Below, in pieces: positions 45,201 through 58,720 of a stretch of 64,000 bases of DNA. The first letter of the stretch is position 1. Every line of letters starts with the position of its first letter. Origin of the DNA: Paraspadella gotoi (Eukaryota; Animalia; Chaetognatha); contig CM119271.1 of assembly GCA_051294375.1 (NCBI GenBank), forward strand, positions 366,721-430,720, read 5' to 3'. Position numbers and translations under genes: made by a program. The notes below the pieces were generated by a model. It ran no database searches and was not told where the DNA came from. It worked only from the letters and a program-made list of their open reading frames with translations.

Positions 45201-48200
45201 ATGGAACCGAGAGAGAAACCATGAGAAACCGGATGGAATCACGCCGGCGCCAGATGGAACCGACGGCGACTATTTGAGAGGAAAAGATATTCGAATTGAG
45301 GAGTTGATTGAGAGGATTTGCAAAGGAAGAGAAACCTGGAGACGCCGCCAAGCCTCATCCTCGTGAATGACGCCGAATTTAGCGTCGGTGAAAAAGTCCT
45401 TATTTGGAGAAATTTTGTAGAAAAATAAAAACTAACAAAAGTTAAATCTTTATGTTACAAACTATGCCCGAAATATGAAATAGCCACGATTCTGAAAAAA
45501 GAGGGAGATGACTTTTTAGTGGAACCAATGGACGGCAACAAGCCTCGAGTTGTGCATAGACGCACCATGAAAAAGCTCCGCGCAGCGGCAGCGCCTCAAT
45601 CGGAAAATTATTACTATCATACCCGAAAAGGGTTCTATTCAGTCCCTTGATGCAGGACATTTTTTTTACTTCTTCCGATTGCAATATGCTGATTCAAGAA
45701 ATCATCAAATTTGTCTGCCATTGCCAAGAGCAACCATCTAAACAAAACTTCAAATTTCACTAAGCTGTTCTCTCACTCTTTAATTGGATCAAAATAAAGG
45801 CTGAAGATAGAGAGAAGAATACTTGAGATTGGAGTCTGATGACAAAGGAGAATGAATCTGATGACAAAGGAGAATGGAATCTGATGACAAAGGAGAATGG
45901 AAATCTGATGACAAAGGAGAATGGAATCTGGTGGCAAGGGAATCTGATGACAGGGAAAAATGGAATCTCCTGAGAAGAAGTGGCATAGGATGACCAACAA
46001 GATGCGATTCCACCGAAGAGAATGCGATTCCATCGAAGAGAGAGATACGGTTCCATGAAGAGAGGATGCGATTCCACCGAAGAGAATGCGGTTCCATCGA
46101 AGAGAGATGCGTTCCATCGAAGAGAGATGCGGCTCATCGAAGAGAGATGGGTTCCATCGAAGAGAGATGCCGGTTCCATTGAAGAAAGATGCGATTCCAC
46201 CGAAGAGAGATGCGGCTCCATCGAAGAGAGATGCGGTTCCATCGAAGAGAGATGCGGTTCCATTGAAAAAAGATGCGATTCCACCGAAGAGAATGCGATT
46301 CCATCGAGAGGATCGTTCCATCGAGAGAGATGCGGTCCATCGAAGAGAGATGCGGCTCCATCGAAGAGAGATGCGGTTCCATCGAAGAGAGATGCGGTTC
46401 CATTGAAGAAAGATGCGATTCCACCGAAGAGAATGCGATTCCATCGAAGAGAGATGCGGTTCATCGAAGAGAGATATTCTTCCATAAAAGGGAGAAGCGG
46501 TTCAACCGAAGAGAGATGTGGTTCCATCAAAGAGAGATTCGGTTCCAACGGAAAAAAAGCGGTCCCATCTAAGAGAGACGAATCTAATCATTTCTGTTAG
46601 AAAGCAAGTAAAAGAAATAGAATCTGATGATGAACAAGAACAACAAGAATGGAATCTGTCAGAGAACAAGAGTGGAATCTGCTTGCGAGCAAGAGTGGAA
46701 TGTTGAAAGGACTGGAAATCAATTATGGGAAATTCAACAAAAGTCAAGACCCAGGAGCCTACGATTTCAGCTCCAGCCCAAATATCTCGTCACTATGGAG
46801 TGAGAGACATGGTGGAAGATGAATAGTGGCTTGGGCTCTTTCCAAGACTGCGGAAAACAAATCAAATACAAAACATGGAATCTGAAAACATGAAAAACAA
46901 AATTACAAAATGATGAAATGATCGCCATCCGCGGCAAAACACTTACCTTCACAAACAAAATTGTGGGCGTCCTCCTGATCTTCATTGAGGTTGATGGAAC
47001 AGAAAGATTATCCTGGACTTCACTCCTCTCTTACAAAGGCAGGTTCCCAGTGAAAAGTAGACTGCCACAGACATGGAACCAACGATCTGATTGCAAAGAA
47101 AAGATTCCCAACAAAAATAAGTTGCCACAGACATGGAACCAACAATTCACGGCAAGCCACGCACCACGCTGGCCCTCCCCAAGCGCTTCTGGCACCAGCG
47201 CGGACACGCCCACTTCCGGAACCTGACAAGCCCATGGAAAACAAGGAGAAGCAACGCATGGAAGCATCAACATACGAATAAGCAGAAAAGAGACGCGGCG
47301 TCGTCTCGCAAAAAAAAAACAAGAACAAAAAAATCCCAATATTTACGCTTGAAATCAACGATCAAAGCAAACGAGGACGCTGTGATAGGGGATAATATGG
47401 GCATGGGAACTTCGCACTCACACAGCACTCACCATTGTTGTAAATACTATTTTCGTTTTTTTTTTTGTTTTTTTTTTGTCCCTCTTTTTGTTTGCCTTAC
47501 CTTCTTTCTACATTTCCAAATTCGTTTTTTTTTTTACTTAGTTTAGCCCGTGTCTATGTATTGTCAAGTCCATCATTAATTGTACTACTGTTCTATGAAT
47601 TGATTTTCTCTCTGTCATTGACTGTTTGAATTATTGATTACCCCCCCCTCCCTCCCACCCATTTTTTTTGTTTTTTTTTACTCACCGGCACCACACTCGC
47701 CATGCACCGTTAGGTTTTTTTTTTTTTCCACTTAGGACCTCATGCACGTGCACGAGGACAGCCCGGGCCATTCGGGGCGCGTGTTGTCCTCTCGGGCAAT
47801 TTATGGGGCGCGTGAGGAGGAGGAGGCGACGCGAAGATCTTCTTCCCCCTCCATTTCGCTTCCTTCTCCTTTTCGATCGGGGCTTCGCGCAGCCACGAGA
47901 TTTTTCCATTCTAGTTTCACTTCCCACTTTCTCTCTCTCCCGTTAAGACCTATTTCACGTTCCTCTGTAATTTTTATTATTTTCGTGTTCGTTTATTTCA
48001 TTATATACGCTTCACCACTACCTCTCGTGTGTTACTTTAGCCAGAGTCTTATTTCAGGGGGAATAATGTGGAAAAATTGGAAGTAAAACGATGAACCATG
48101 CACCTTAAATAAGGCGTAGAACTTTAATTAAAATTCTAAAAGTGAGGAACGAACAACATTATACTAATGAACATTTATGTAATAAAAAAATTAATAATAA

Positions 48201-50151
48201 ATTTTACAATTTACGCAGTAGGCCATATTATATATTAGTACTAAACCAATAAATGATAAAATTCAAAACAGTTTTTTCTAGATTTTTTTGCAGAATTGGA
48301 TTAGTCATAAAAAGTTGGTAAAAAAGAAATATAACTCTTTTTGAAAAATTCCTTCATAAGTGGGTCAAAAATTAGAAATAAGCTATATTTGAAGCTGAAA
48401 ATTAACTTTTTATATATTAAATATAGTTTTTTTAATTTTTAACCCACTTAATGAAAAAATTTTTAAAAATGATTTATATTTTTTTTTTATTAACTTTTGA
48501 CGAGGAATTCAAATCTGCAATCAAAATTAAGAAAAGCCTATTTTAAAATTTTTGATTTATAAGGATAGTACTATATATAAATATAGCCTACTGCGAAAAT
48601 TAAAAAACATAAAATTAATTTTTTTTACAAATTAATGTTCACTGATAGTATGTTGTTCATAATTGACTTTTAGAATTTTTGTATGTAACTTTCACTACGC
48701 CTTAATCTTCAACCATGCTTAATTATTGCAAATTTATCAATTTGTCAATTGCACCTGATGCTACTAAAAAATTTTGAAAAATGCAAAAAAAATTTTTAGC
48801 ATTTTTTGGCACCCCAGCGGTCCACCCCCAGGGCCCTGTATCTCTTGTCAGGGGTTGAATATCAAAATTCGCCTCGATAGTTCCATTTATATAGTCATTA
48901 GCACTCTAAATGTAAAATTTCATTAAATTTGATTGGGTGGTTTGGTGGCAACAGATTATGGTCACAAAAAAGGGGTACCACATTTTATAATATGAAGCCT
49001 TCTGTATATTAGACAAAGCAGACTTATCCAAAAATTATTTCTCTCGGCTTTGACAAAGGGATATACACGTACGTCGTCTAAGAGGACATATTGAATAAAA
49101 ATGTATTTCCACAACGCAAAAGGAATACAAAATTTCGAGTTACCAAATAAACAAAGAGCGAGACAGGCCAAGTAGGTACAGGTTCCGCTCTCGTATTCAA
49201 CCCGGGTGGTGACGTTAGAGTGACAGTTGGGACAATTGACTTGAATTGGTGCGTCGCGCAAGACAAAGCCACCTCCCTGCGCATAAAGCAATTTTTTGTG
49301 AAATTGGTACAACCAATATAAAATTACCCATTTATGAAATTGGTACAACCAATAAATAATAATAATAATAATTATAAATAAGCTATCTTGCCCTTGAATT
49401 TGGATAGACTTTTGTGATTTAAGCCCTCCATCACTCTTACAAAATAATGAGAGAGCAGCAAGCTTTCAATCAAGACTCACACAGTAACGTTTATTCACTC
49501 CCAGAGTACACCTGGCTTCCCTATCAATGAAGTGGTATAATATTTCAAAGAATGTTTTGTATTAAAACACCTCTCGCTTAAGTATTTGATCCGAGAATAC
49601 TATATTCTAGCATCAAAATACAAGGATATGACGACTGGGAAATTAGTACAACCAATATAAAATTATCCATTCATTTGATCAATAATCTCATTTTCATTTA
49701 TGACTTTATATTTATCATATAAACTGACCTGCACGACGGTAACCGTCACTGGTGGCGCAGGAGCCGCGGGGTAAGGTCCCTGCGGCGGCGGCGGCGGAGG
49801 ATACCCAGCCTGCTGTGGGAAAGGACCGGAAGTGGTCGACTGCGGGTACTGGGGCGGGGACATGGGCTGGGAAGCTGGTTGGGGCATCGGCATTCCGGCT
49901 GGAGGGCCTGGTAAAAGAGGTTCGCTTGATTGATGGATCGGGTAAAGAAGATTAAGAACATCTTATATCGACTATTTTTAAAACACTACAATTTGAAACA
50001 CAAACCTTATAGAACATTTAAACCTACCCGAGGGGTAAGGTGGCTGTGCAGGGGGTGGGCAGCCCTTTTCGTCGCCGGCGGGGGGGTATCCCATAGCGGG
50101 GGCGTAGGGAGGCGGAGGTTCGCAAACTTCGGGAGGCGGCGGAGCAGACAT
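39296..50151 (-). CDS. LITAF: LITAF/CDIP1-family membrane zinc-binding protein
   Basis: Exons 50151-50028, 49907-49729, 49276-49144, 39405-39296. Pro-rich N-terminus with PPPY/PPY motifs; LITAF domain PIQVNCPNC..hydrophobic..GCCFIPFC..DMHHRCPNC..IG. The last intron is ~9.7 kb. Confidence 0.9.
39703..40927. mobile_element. TIR element with ~140-bp inverted repeats (CACGG...CCGTG)
   Basis: cacggttcctttttacatcgatttaatc..gagtgcacaagaatgagatgtccc is inverted at ~40790-40927; apparent TTTA duplication. Confidence 0.75.
39905..39948 (+). ncRNA. Minimal type I hammerhead ribozyme in a short fold-back insert (39845-40033)
   Basis: TTG-CTGATGA-A-GACTC(gtaaaactaa)GAGTC-GAAAC-AT-GTA/CAA; taaattaatatt is duplicated on both sides. 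Confidence 0.8.
41628..42330. repeat. GC-rich tandem array (~31-33 bp; ggagacgtggagaccgtcaggagacggtcca) inside the LTR element
   Basis: Many degenerate tandem copies visible; they explain the repetitive ORFs. Confidence 0.9.
43560..44420. repeat. Degenerate ~90-100-bp tandem units (cccacttccggtccgattcgacgccgc..aaaagag..gaggattttt)
   Basis: Core motif recurs about 8 times. Confidence 0.75.
45830..46580. repeat. Two adjacent minisatellites (~23-bp ggaatctgatgacaaaggagaat; 21-bp gatgcggttccatcgaagaga)
   Basis: Direct tandem copies; they explain the overlapping repetitive ORFs on both strands. Confidence 0.9.
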
Positions 50152-51832
50152 CGTCTTTGGCTTTCTTTGCCACAGGTTTAAAACTTTTTTTTTTCTCTGT
50201 TTTTTCTTTTTATTAATCTCGGACTGGCGATTGTAATAACTAAACAAAAACAAGAAAACGTCAACACGAACGAAGAAAAAAAAGAAAAGTAACATTGTAA
50301 AATTTGTAATAGTCTACATAGTGTGCATATACATATTTAGTTTTCGACGAAAAACAAGAAGACAACGAGACATGAAATAATTCTCACGACCGATCGGCAG
50401 AAAATAAGTTATCAATCGTGAGTAAGGTTAGGGACCAACTCCGGAAATAATGTAAAATTTCGACTATTAGCAAATTTTTTTTTAGTTGTCTTGACTAATT
50501 ATTTAAGCAATCATTTTCCAAAAAAAAATTTACATTATACGTCTTGATTAATACATTAAATATCACTTGTCTTTTTTCGCATTATAAATTTTTTTGATGG
50601 ATTCTGATAGAGCATAAAAAGTTAAACAAGAAATATAATTATAACTTTCAAAAATTCCTACGTTTTCTAAGTGAAAATCTAAAAAAACTGATAAAATTAT
50701 TGAAAGATGATGACGGTTTTTCTTATTTTTGACTCACTTATCATAAAAATATTTTTTTAAAAATTATACTTTGTGTAGACAACTTTTTATGAGCTATTTG
50801 AATCTGGTCTTAAAATTTTTAAATAAAAAAAAATTTGGCCTTTATTATCTAAAAATAAATATAAAAAAATTAATTATTTGGGTATACACTGCGGCGCAAA
50901 AAAAATATACTTGTTAGCTCTAAATGCTACCACTATTTCTTTTTTAATTTTGAAAAAATATTTATAAAAAGTATAGCTTTTTTAAAAAGTTATCGATTGG
51001 TGCAAACAAAAATTAATTGGTTCAGGCAGTAGAATATAGCAATATTTTAAAGTCAGAGTCTGAAAACGGAATTGCATTTACATTTAATATAAAAAGAAAA
51101 AGAAGCATAATCAATTAGTGAAACAGGTTTTTTTGTTTTTTCCATTTAAACTTATTTCCACTCGCACGATTCCATCGAAACTTGATTTCCAGTTTAATCA
51201 CACACTTTTCTACCGACACACAAAATTTCATTCCAATCCATCCATCCAATTGGTGTTTTTTTGCTAAGGTGGGATGGACGGACGGACAGAGACGGACGGA
51301 CGGACATTGTTTTTTTGCATAATTTATCATAATTCGATGTTCTGATATGATATAAGTGAATAAGATTAAGGGGGCGGATCGACGGACCGACAAAGTGAAT
51401 TATAGAGTCGGGATCTGCTGAAAGCAGATCCGACTAAAAAACTAATTTTTTTTCTCAATTTTTGGTTCAACCAATTTGAGGTCCAATAACTTTTGTACGC
51501 TTTGCTCGATTTTATTAGGATTTGGGCCAATTGCTTCATCTTTCAATAAACTTTGTTTTATGTTCCTATATTTTAGTAGAATTCAGCCATCCAATACGGT
51601 TTTTTCGATGTGAAAAAGTGTCTTCTTTTTTTTTTTGCCGCAGTGTAGAGCCATATAAGAAATGTTTTGTCCATTGAAAGTATACTTAAAAATGTATGTA
51701 TTTTCGTCTGAACATGTACTCATTCTAAATTTTTGACACACCCCATTGAGTGGGGCTACCCCTAGTAAGGAGTACCGCGAAAAGTATCTTTAAAAAAAAC
51801 AAAAACAAAATCAATTCACTTCCGCCACTTTC

Positions 51833-53706
51833 TCAATCTCTCTCCTTCGTCTCCGCTTTCCTCCCGCTCGCAGAAGGCGCCCGCGAGAACCAGCTGGGCC
51901 GTTGGCCATCAACGCGGATTTGCCTTCGCGCGCCGGATCCCAACCCGAAGGGCTCGTTCTCGTAGACGAACTCGATCTCCGTCGAGGGATGACGATGGCG
52001 GAACTCGTCGCCGAGGGTCGATTGGAGGCGAATGGTCTCTTGGCGCACTTTGGCGTAGCAGTTGGGGCAGATCCCCATGGGCAACCTCGGTTTTCCGCAC
52101 TGAAGAGGGATGGGGTAGACTAGAGTTATTCGGAGACTGGAAACTGTAGAATTTAATTTAATCCTTCTAATAAAATTGATACATTCATACGTACATTCTT
52201 ACGTACATAAAATCAAATTTATCAATTCATTCAATAAAAAAGCAATCTTGTCTCTGACTTTAGACAGGCTAAGGCTAAGGCTAAGCTTAAGCTAAGGCTA
52301 AGCTTAAGTTAAGGCTAAGCTTAAGGGGACCCAGTGATAAAAATGATATCATAAGCTTAAGGGTCTATAATCAAAAAAATTTGAATAGTGATAATCGTTA
52401 ATTTTTTTTTTTCGTATGGGAAAGTGGCTAAAAAATTTTTATCTGTCATTGTAGCGGAAAAAAAAATTTAATAATTATGAAAAAAAAATTAGTTGATCCT
52501 ACCTAATTATATATATAATCTATTATTTTATTTTTGCATTCAAAAATATTTTTTAATAAATTTCAAATTTTTAATTTTTATTATACAAAGTTACAATTTT
52601 AGGTTTAAGCCTCATTGAACAAAGGCTTTATAAAATTATTATTTTTTTATTTTTATATTCACTTAAAAGCAAAAAAATTAAACCTAAATTCTATTCTTAT
52701 AAAAACAAAACTGTAATAACTATTAATTAATATTCATATTCATCCCTTAAACGAATTATTAAATTATATTAATTAATTAATTATAATAATTAAGAATTTA
52801 ACAAAAGTACAGAACCTTTCTTTTTTTATATTTATATTATATTATATTTTATTTTTATCCAATTAACAGAATCTTTTAAAAAAAAGTTTAAATAAAATCA
52901 GTCGATACCTTAAATTTTGATTCATTTTTTTTTATTTAAATTTTTGTGATAAAAGCTAAAAATCTTTTTAAAATTAGATCTTTCTCTTTTTTTTTAAAAA
53001 AAATTTAAATTTGAAAAATAATTTTTTTTACTGATTTTTTAAATAAAATTAAGCTAGCTGATTATATCGAATTTTTTAACTACTTTCCCAAATGATTATA
53101 GAAGAAAGAATCATATAGTCAGAACCAGCTTAAGTTAAAGGGTCAAACGTTATGCTTTCAGCTTTTTACCCCCCCTGGTCACTTGGTCCCCTTAAGTTAA
53201 GGCCTCCATTCCTACATTAATATTTCCAGTCAAGACTCGGTATCTACTAGTTCTGGATTCCCTCTCAATGAAGTGGTACAATGTTTTTAAGAATAATCAA
53301 TGTTCCCTCGACACAGTCCTCTTACCTCCAAGCAATGCTTGATTCCTCTGTACGGCATCCCGTACTTCCACCGCGACGAAGACGGCGCCAACGAGAACAT
53401 CCGGCGCCGCTTCACCCAACGCGTCGTCCTCCTCCACGTCCACGACATGGGGCTAAGCAGAGGTTCCAGGGAAAAGGCGTTTCGAGTCTGAGCGGGGAAA
53501 GGGAAAGCGCCGGACGCAACGCCAGAATCCAAGGCCAACGCCGGAAAGAGACCCGGTGGCGGACGTTGTCCTTTGTCGCTGCCGCCGAGCAGGCGTTCAG
53601 CGGCGGAAGTCAAGCAGGTGGCCAGGCGATAGGACTGCGGGGCAAGGGTCGATCCGTAGTAGATGAGTCTTCGTGCGAAATCCGTTAAGCGGGAAGAGGT
53701 AGACAT
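51833..53706 (-). CDS. MRPL32: Mitochondrial ribosomal protein bL32m
   Basis: Exons 53706-53326 and 52099-51833 join as KHCLE|CGKPRLPMGICPNCYAKVRQET (CxxC..CxxCY zinc knuckle). Long presequence-like N-terminus; C-terminal RPSWFS. Confidence 0.85.
52325..53191. mobile_element. Non-autonomous TTAA-targeting TIR element (Kolobok-like termini)
   Basis: ttaa|ggggacccagtga ... tcacttggtcccc|ttaa. Confidence 0.7.
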
Positions 53707-53981
53707 CGCCGCCCCTTTAGCCCGATCCGAGCCGAATATATAAATATTTTTTTTAGTTTCTTTTTTCCCAACACGTTCTTCCGATGGAAACAAACTTATG
53801 TTTTTTTTAGTTATGTGAAAAATAAAATTTAAGACATGACTAGAAAATTATACTACTACAATTTCGCAAAGAAGCATGGAGAAAGAAATAAGGATGGGAA
53901 AGCAGAGAGTCTTTTCCTTCAAAGTTCGATGTTTTTGTAGTGAGAGGAAACAGTCCCGAGGAATGTCAAAAGGTTCGGCGA

Positions 53982-54484
<503 letters not shown>

Positions 54485-54963
54485 TTAGGCGTTTAATATC
54501 TAGTTATAAATCTTTAAAAAAAACAGAATGAATTGATTTTTGTTTTTTATTCCAATGGCAATTGATGTTTTACGATAAAAAGACAAAATGGGAAGGGGCT
54601 TAAAGAAGGAGCAGTTACAGAATAGTTATTTAACTTAAAACTTATAATATTATCGCCGGAGATCCAAAAAACATTTGATCACCTTTATCGCGTTGATTGT
54701 CCAAATATTTTCTTTCCCAAATGGTTTTTGACCTCTTGTTATTTTTAAGTAAGTATTTTGTGACAAAAAGTTGCTTTTCATCGTCGAATAAAACAAATCG
54801 AATGAAAAGACACAAAAAATTATCGCAGTGATTAACTTCCTTTGCGAAAAAAAATCATAACAAATTAACACTCTAAACAAACACTTTTCAATACAGATCA
54901 TTCGATTAATTAATTTTTTTTTAACAATTAACTTTTTTTAATACTACATTTGTAAAAAAAAAT

Positions 54964-57900
54964 CTAAGCGGCAGCAGAAGGATGACTAATGTTCTGCTGT
55001 CGGCGGAAGATCTGGTGACGGTTGACTTCGGGGAAGGGATGGCTCCGGCGATTCCGACGTCCCCTCCGTCTCCTTCGACGCGCGATTCAAGTAGCGTCTA
55101 AAAATAGAAAGAGACTTTATGAACTCATTCCTATTTTTTCAACTTCTTTCCTTCCCCCGCGTTCACCTTTTGGCCTGCTGCATCAAGAGCGCCTTCCTGT
55201 TCCTCAGCATATTCTCCCGCTCCGACGAGGACTTGGAGAAGCGGCCGCCGACGGCCTCGATCGGAGACGTCGCCGCCGACGCCGCTTCGACCAGCGATTC
55301 CGACTCGGAGAGCGAAAGAGGAAGCGAGGGGGATGCGTGGGAATCATCGACGGCGGTGCCGAAGTCAGGCGTCGACGCGGAGGCTCGGAGAGGGTCGGTG
55401 AGACGAGCGGGAAGGCGGCGGCGAATTTGGATCAAGTCCTCGACGGTTTCTTCTTCTTCGTCGTCTTCGTCGTCATAATCGTCGTCTTCGTCCCCGATGT
55501 CGTCGTATCTGATTTTTAAAAAAAAACTTAAATTATTTCTCCACAACCCCCTCCCCGAGCCCCGCCCCCCCCCCTGGGGTACCGATTTAGTCCCTTCCCT
55601 CCTCATTCCACCTCCCCTCCGAATCGCACCCGTCCAACAACTCCATCGGCCCCAACAATCCCCCGCCTCCTTCGCTGTCGCCGCTCGGCGCCACTTCCGC
55701 GGACGACGAAGCCGACGTCTGAAAAGTCGACGCCGACGACGTGGCGGATTCGGGCGGCGTCGGGGTGAGGCGGCGCGGTGGTGGCAGGAGACGACCCTCC
55801 AACACGTTGTCGACGGTGAGGTCGATGGAGCGCGTGATCTGAAGATCGGCGACGATGACGTCGACGGGCATGTGGGGGAAGACGGTCTGAACCTCGCGGG
55901 CCATCGATTCCACTTGGGAGGTAGGGAGGCGGGGGGGTTCGCCGCCCAGGGATAGGGAGTGGGTCACCTAAGGGGGGGGATTTTAAAGCTGTCAATGGCA
56001 GCGTCAATCTCGCTCAGACCCTCAGATCTCTCTCTCACCTCGACCGAAAAGGATGGCAACCAACTGACGTAACGCGATCCATCGAAATGGAAGAAATGAT
56101 TTCTTTGGGGCGCCGGCGGCGGACGAGCCGCTTGATCGCCCGCGGCGGCGTTACCGTTGGCGCCATTGGCGGGAGCGGCGCCAGCGGCGTCGAATTCTCC
56201 AGTCGCCGCCGACGCCGCTTCGTTACCCCGGGAAGATTCTTGGAGGGACGTTCGGCAGGTTGGGCAGGAAATGTCCTGTAAGGTTTTTTAAATGGACTTG
56301 ATTATTTGTATTGTAATTTGTATTGTGTGGCGGTATATTAACGACGCCTCACATCCAGCATCGTTCAGCCAATCCCATTGGCTTAGAGGGGAAAGGCACC
56401 ATCCCAGGCGTTGCATCCACATTCCACAATCCCAGGCGTTGCAGCCACATTCCACAATCTTACGACTTCCCTCTGCGTTGGCAAAGCGAGACCGTCCCAG
56501 GGAAACCGCGCCAGTGACAGGAGGCGTCACTGAGGGTCGGAAGCCCCCAAAGCCAAGAATGAGATGCCCCATCCCAATGGGCATCACAGGCAACCCGGCT
56601 GTTGCCATAATTGCATGAAAAAGTTACTTTCTGCCCGAGTTTTTGAATTAGATATTAGACATCATTCTTTTTAAAAAGTCATTTATTGAAAATTTCAAAA
56701 TATCTACAGAAGGCTTCATATTATAAAATGAGGTAACCATTTTTTGTGACCAGAACTCGTTCCGAGAAAACTACTGGACCAAATTAATTGAAATTTGGTA
56801 TTAACGATCCATGTGAATACAAATAGAACTATCGAGGCAAATTTAAATATTTGACCCCTGAGCTGAGATATGGGCCCCCCGGGTGGTCACCCATAGGGGA
56901 AAAAATTTGTTTCATTATTTTTGTTTTGAGCAGTTGCATAGACGTTTTCTCTTCCACAAAAACGTATTTATTACCTCAAAAATATTAGTTTACCTTAATT
57001 TTCACCTTCATGAACATCAGCAGTTCAAGTCAGATTTGAAATAATTTGGGAAAATTGGAAGTAAAACGATGAACCATGTTTAATTATTGAAAATTCATAA
57101 ATTTTAGTTCTAAAATGTTTTTTTCATATGTTTAAAACTTCAATGCACCTGATGCTACTACACAATTTTAAAAAATGAATTAAAAAATTTTAGCCTTTTT
57201 TGGCCCCCCAGGGGTCCACCCCCAGGGCTCTGTATCTCTTGTCAGGGGTTGAATATCAAAATTCGCCTCAATAGTTCCATTTATATTGTCATTAGCACTC
57301 TAAATGTAAAATTTCATGAAATTCGATCAGGTAGTTTGGTGGGAACAGATTCTGGTCACAAAAAATGGTTACCTCATTTTATAATATGAAGCCTTCTGTA
57401 AAAGTTCTGTAAAAGTCTGACCAGAAAGGGGTGGATGTAGCGATAGTATTTCATACCCCGTTACTCGTCAGCAGCACCTATGGCGCCGGAGGTAGCACGA
57501 GCTCCTCCCAACCCAAAGGACTTGGGTTCGTGCCCTGCTGATTCACACAAGTAAAAGCGGGACGGGGCGTCTAACCCACTTGTAGTGACGGACTACAGCC
57601 CGTCCGAAGTTCGGGACCTTGTGTGCAACGGACGGTGAACTGTTCGCGACATCGTCTTCCACATGGAGAAAATAATTTGTTATGGGATTAACGTTTTTGT
57701 TGAGGGTTAGGACTACAAAGTAGAATTGTATGTTCTGATAGGGATACATACCGCGGGAAAGCTGTTTAAAGAAAGGGGCCCCTCCCCCAACCCTAACCCG
57801 GAGATGTACGAGAGGCCTGGGAGAGATTAGGGTTGAGAGAGGCACGGAGTTAACAGGAGGCCCGGTTTAAGATTAGGGGTGACAGGCCCGTGAGTGATGT

Positions 57901-58685
57901 GTCAAAGGCGGTTAGGGTTAGGGTTGAGGCACGGAAATGTACGAGAAGCACGGCCCGGGTTAGGGTTGGGAGAGAGGCATGGAGTTGAACGGGAGGCCCG
58001 GTTTAGGGTTGGGAGAGAGGCTCGTGGGTAATGTGTCAAAAGCGGTTAGGGTTGAGGCATAGAGATGTACGGGAGGCCCGGGCCCGGGTTAGGGGAGAGG
58101 CATGGAGTTGAACTGGAGGCCCTAGTTAGGGTTGAGGGAGGGGCCCATGGTTGACTTGTCAAAGGCAGTTAGGGTTAGGGTTGAAGCATGGAGATGTACG
58201 GGGAGGCCTGAACCTGGGTTAGGGTTAGAGGAGAGGCAGGGAGTTTAACAGGAGGCCCGGTTTAGGGTTGGGGCCCCGAGGTTGATGCGTCGTAGGCGGT
58301 TAGGGTTGGGGGAGGAGCCCGTGAGTGATGCGTTCATCCCCGTGTCTCAACATCAGCCGCGAGCCTCTCCTCTTACTCACGCCTTTCATTATATACGCTA
58401 CTTTTATCACCAACTAGAACCAGATATAGGCGAGCCATCACCAAATTCACCAAACTCTTCTTTCTTAATAATATTCATTTTTTTAGTTATTTATTATTTA
58501 TTTATTATTATGGTTATTATACTTTTATTATTATTTTTTTTTATGTTATTTTCAATAATTAGGAGAGGAGCCAGTTGACTCACTCAATCCTCAGAATTCA
58601 ACTGTCCATGTATGGATAATTAACAATATCAAAATTAAAAGCATGTGGCAGACTCAAACTTGCGACCTTCGAAGTTTATGAACCA

Positions 58686-58720
<35 letters not shown>

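Larger units (their letters stand above)
40970..48059 (+). mobile_element. Non-autonomous 7.1-kb LTR retroelement (LARD-like), tRNA-Lys PBS, TSD GGAAT
   Basis: LTRs 40970-41221 and 47811-48059 differ only by three 1-bp homopolymer indels. PBS TGGCGCCCAATGTGG at 41222. TSD at 40965-40969 and 48060-48064. No intact gag/pol. Confidence 0.9.
39425..49004. mobile_element. TA-flanked TIR element hosting several nested insertions
   Basis: ta|ccgaaggcttcaaattataaaatg ... cattttataatatgaagccttctg|ta; the uninterrupted ~690-bp version is at 56707-57398. Confidence 0.8.

Noticed and set aside
45760-46600. Several 190-260-aa repetitive ORFs on both strands
   Set aside because: By-products of a 21-bp minisatellite that is open in multiple frames.
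52266-52324. ggctaa/gcttaa repeats as nematode telomere sequence
   Set aside because: The reverse complement is TTAGCC, not TTAGGC; a short simple repeat beside a TTAA insertion.
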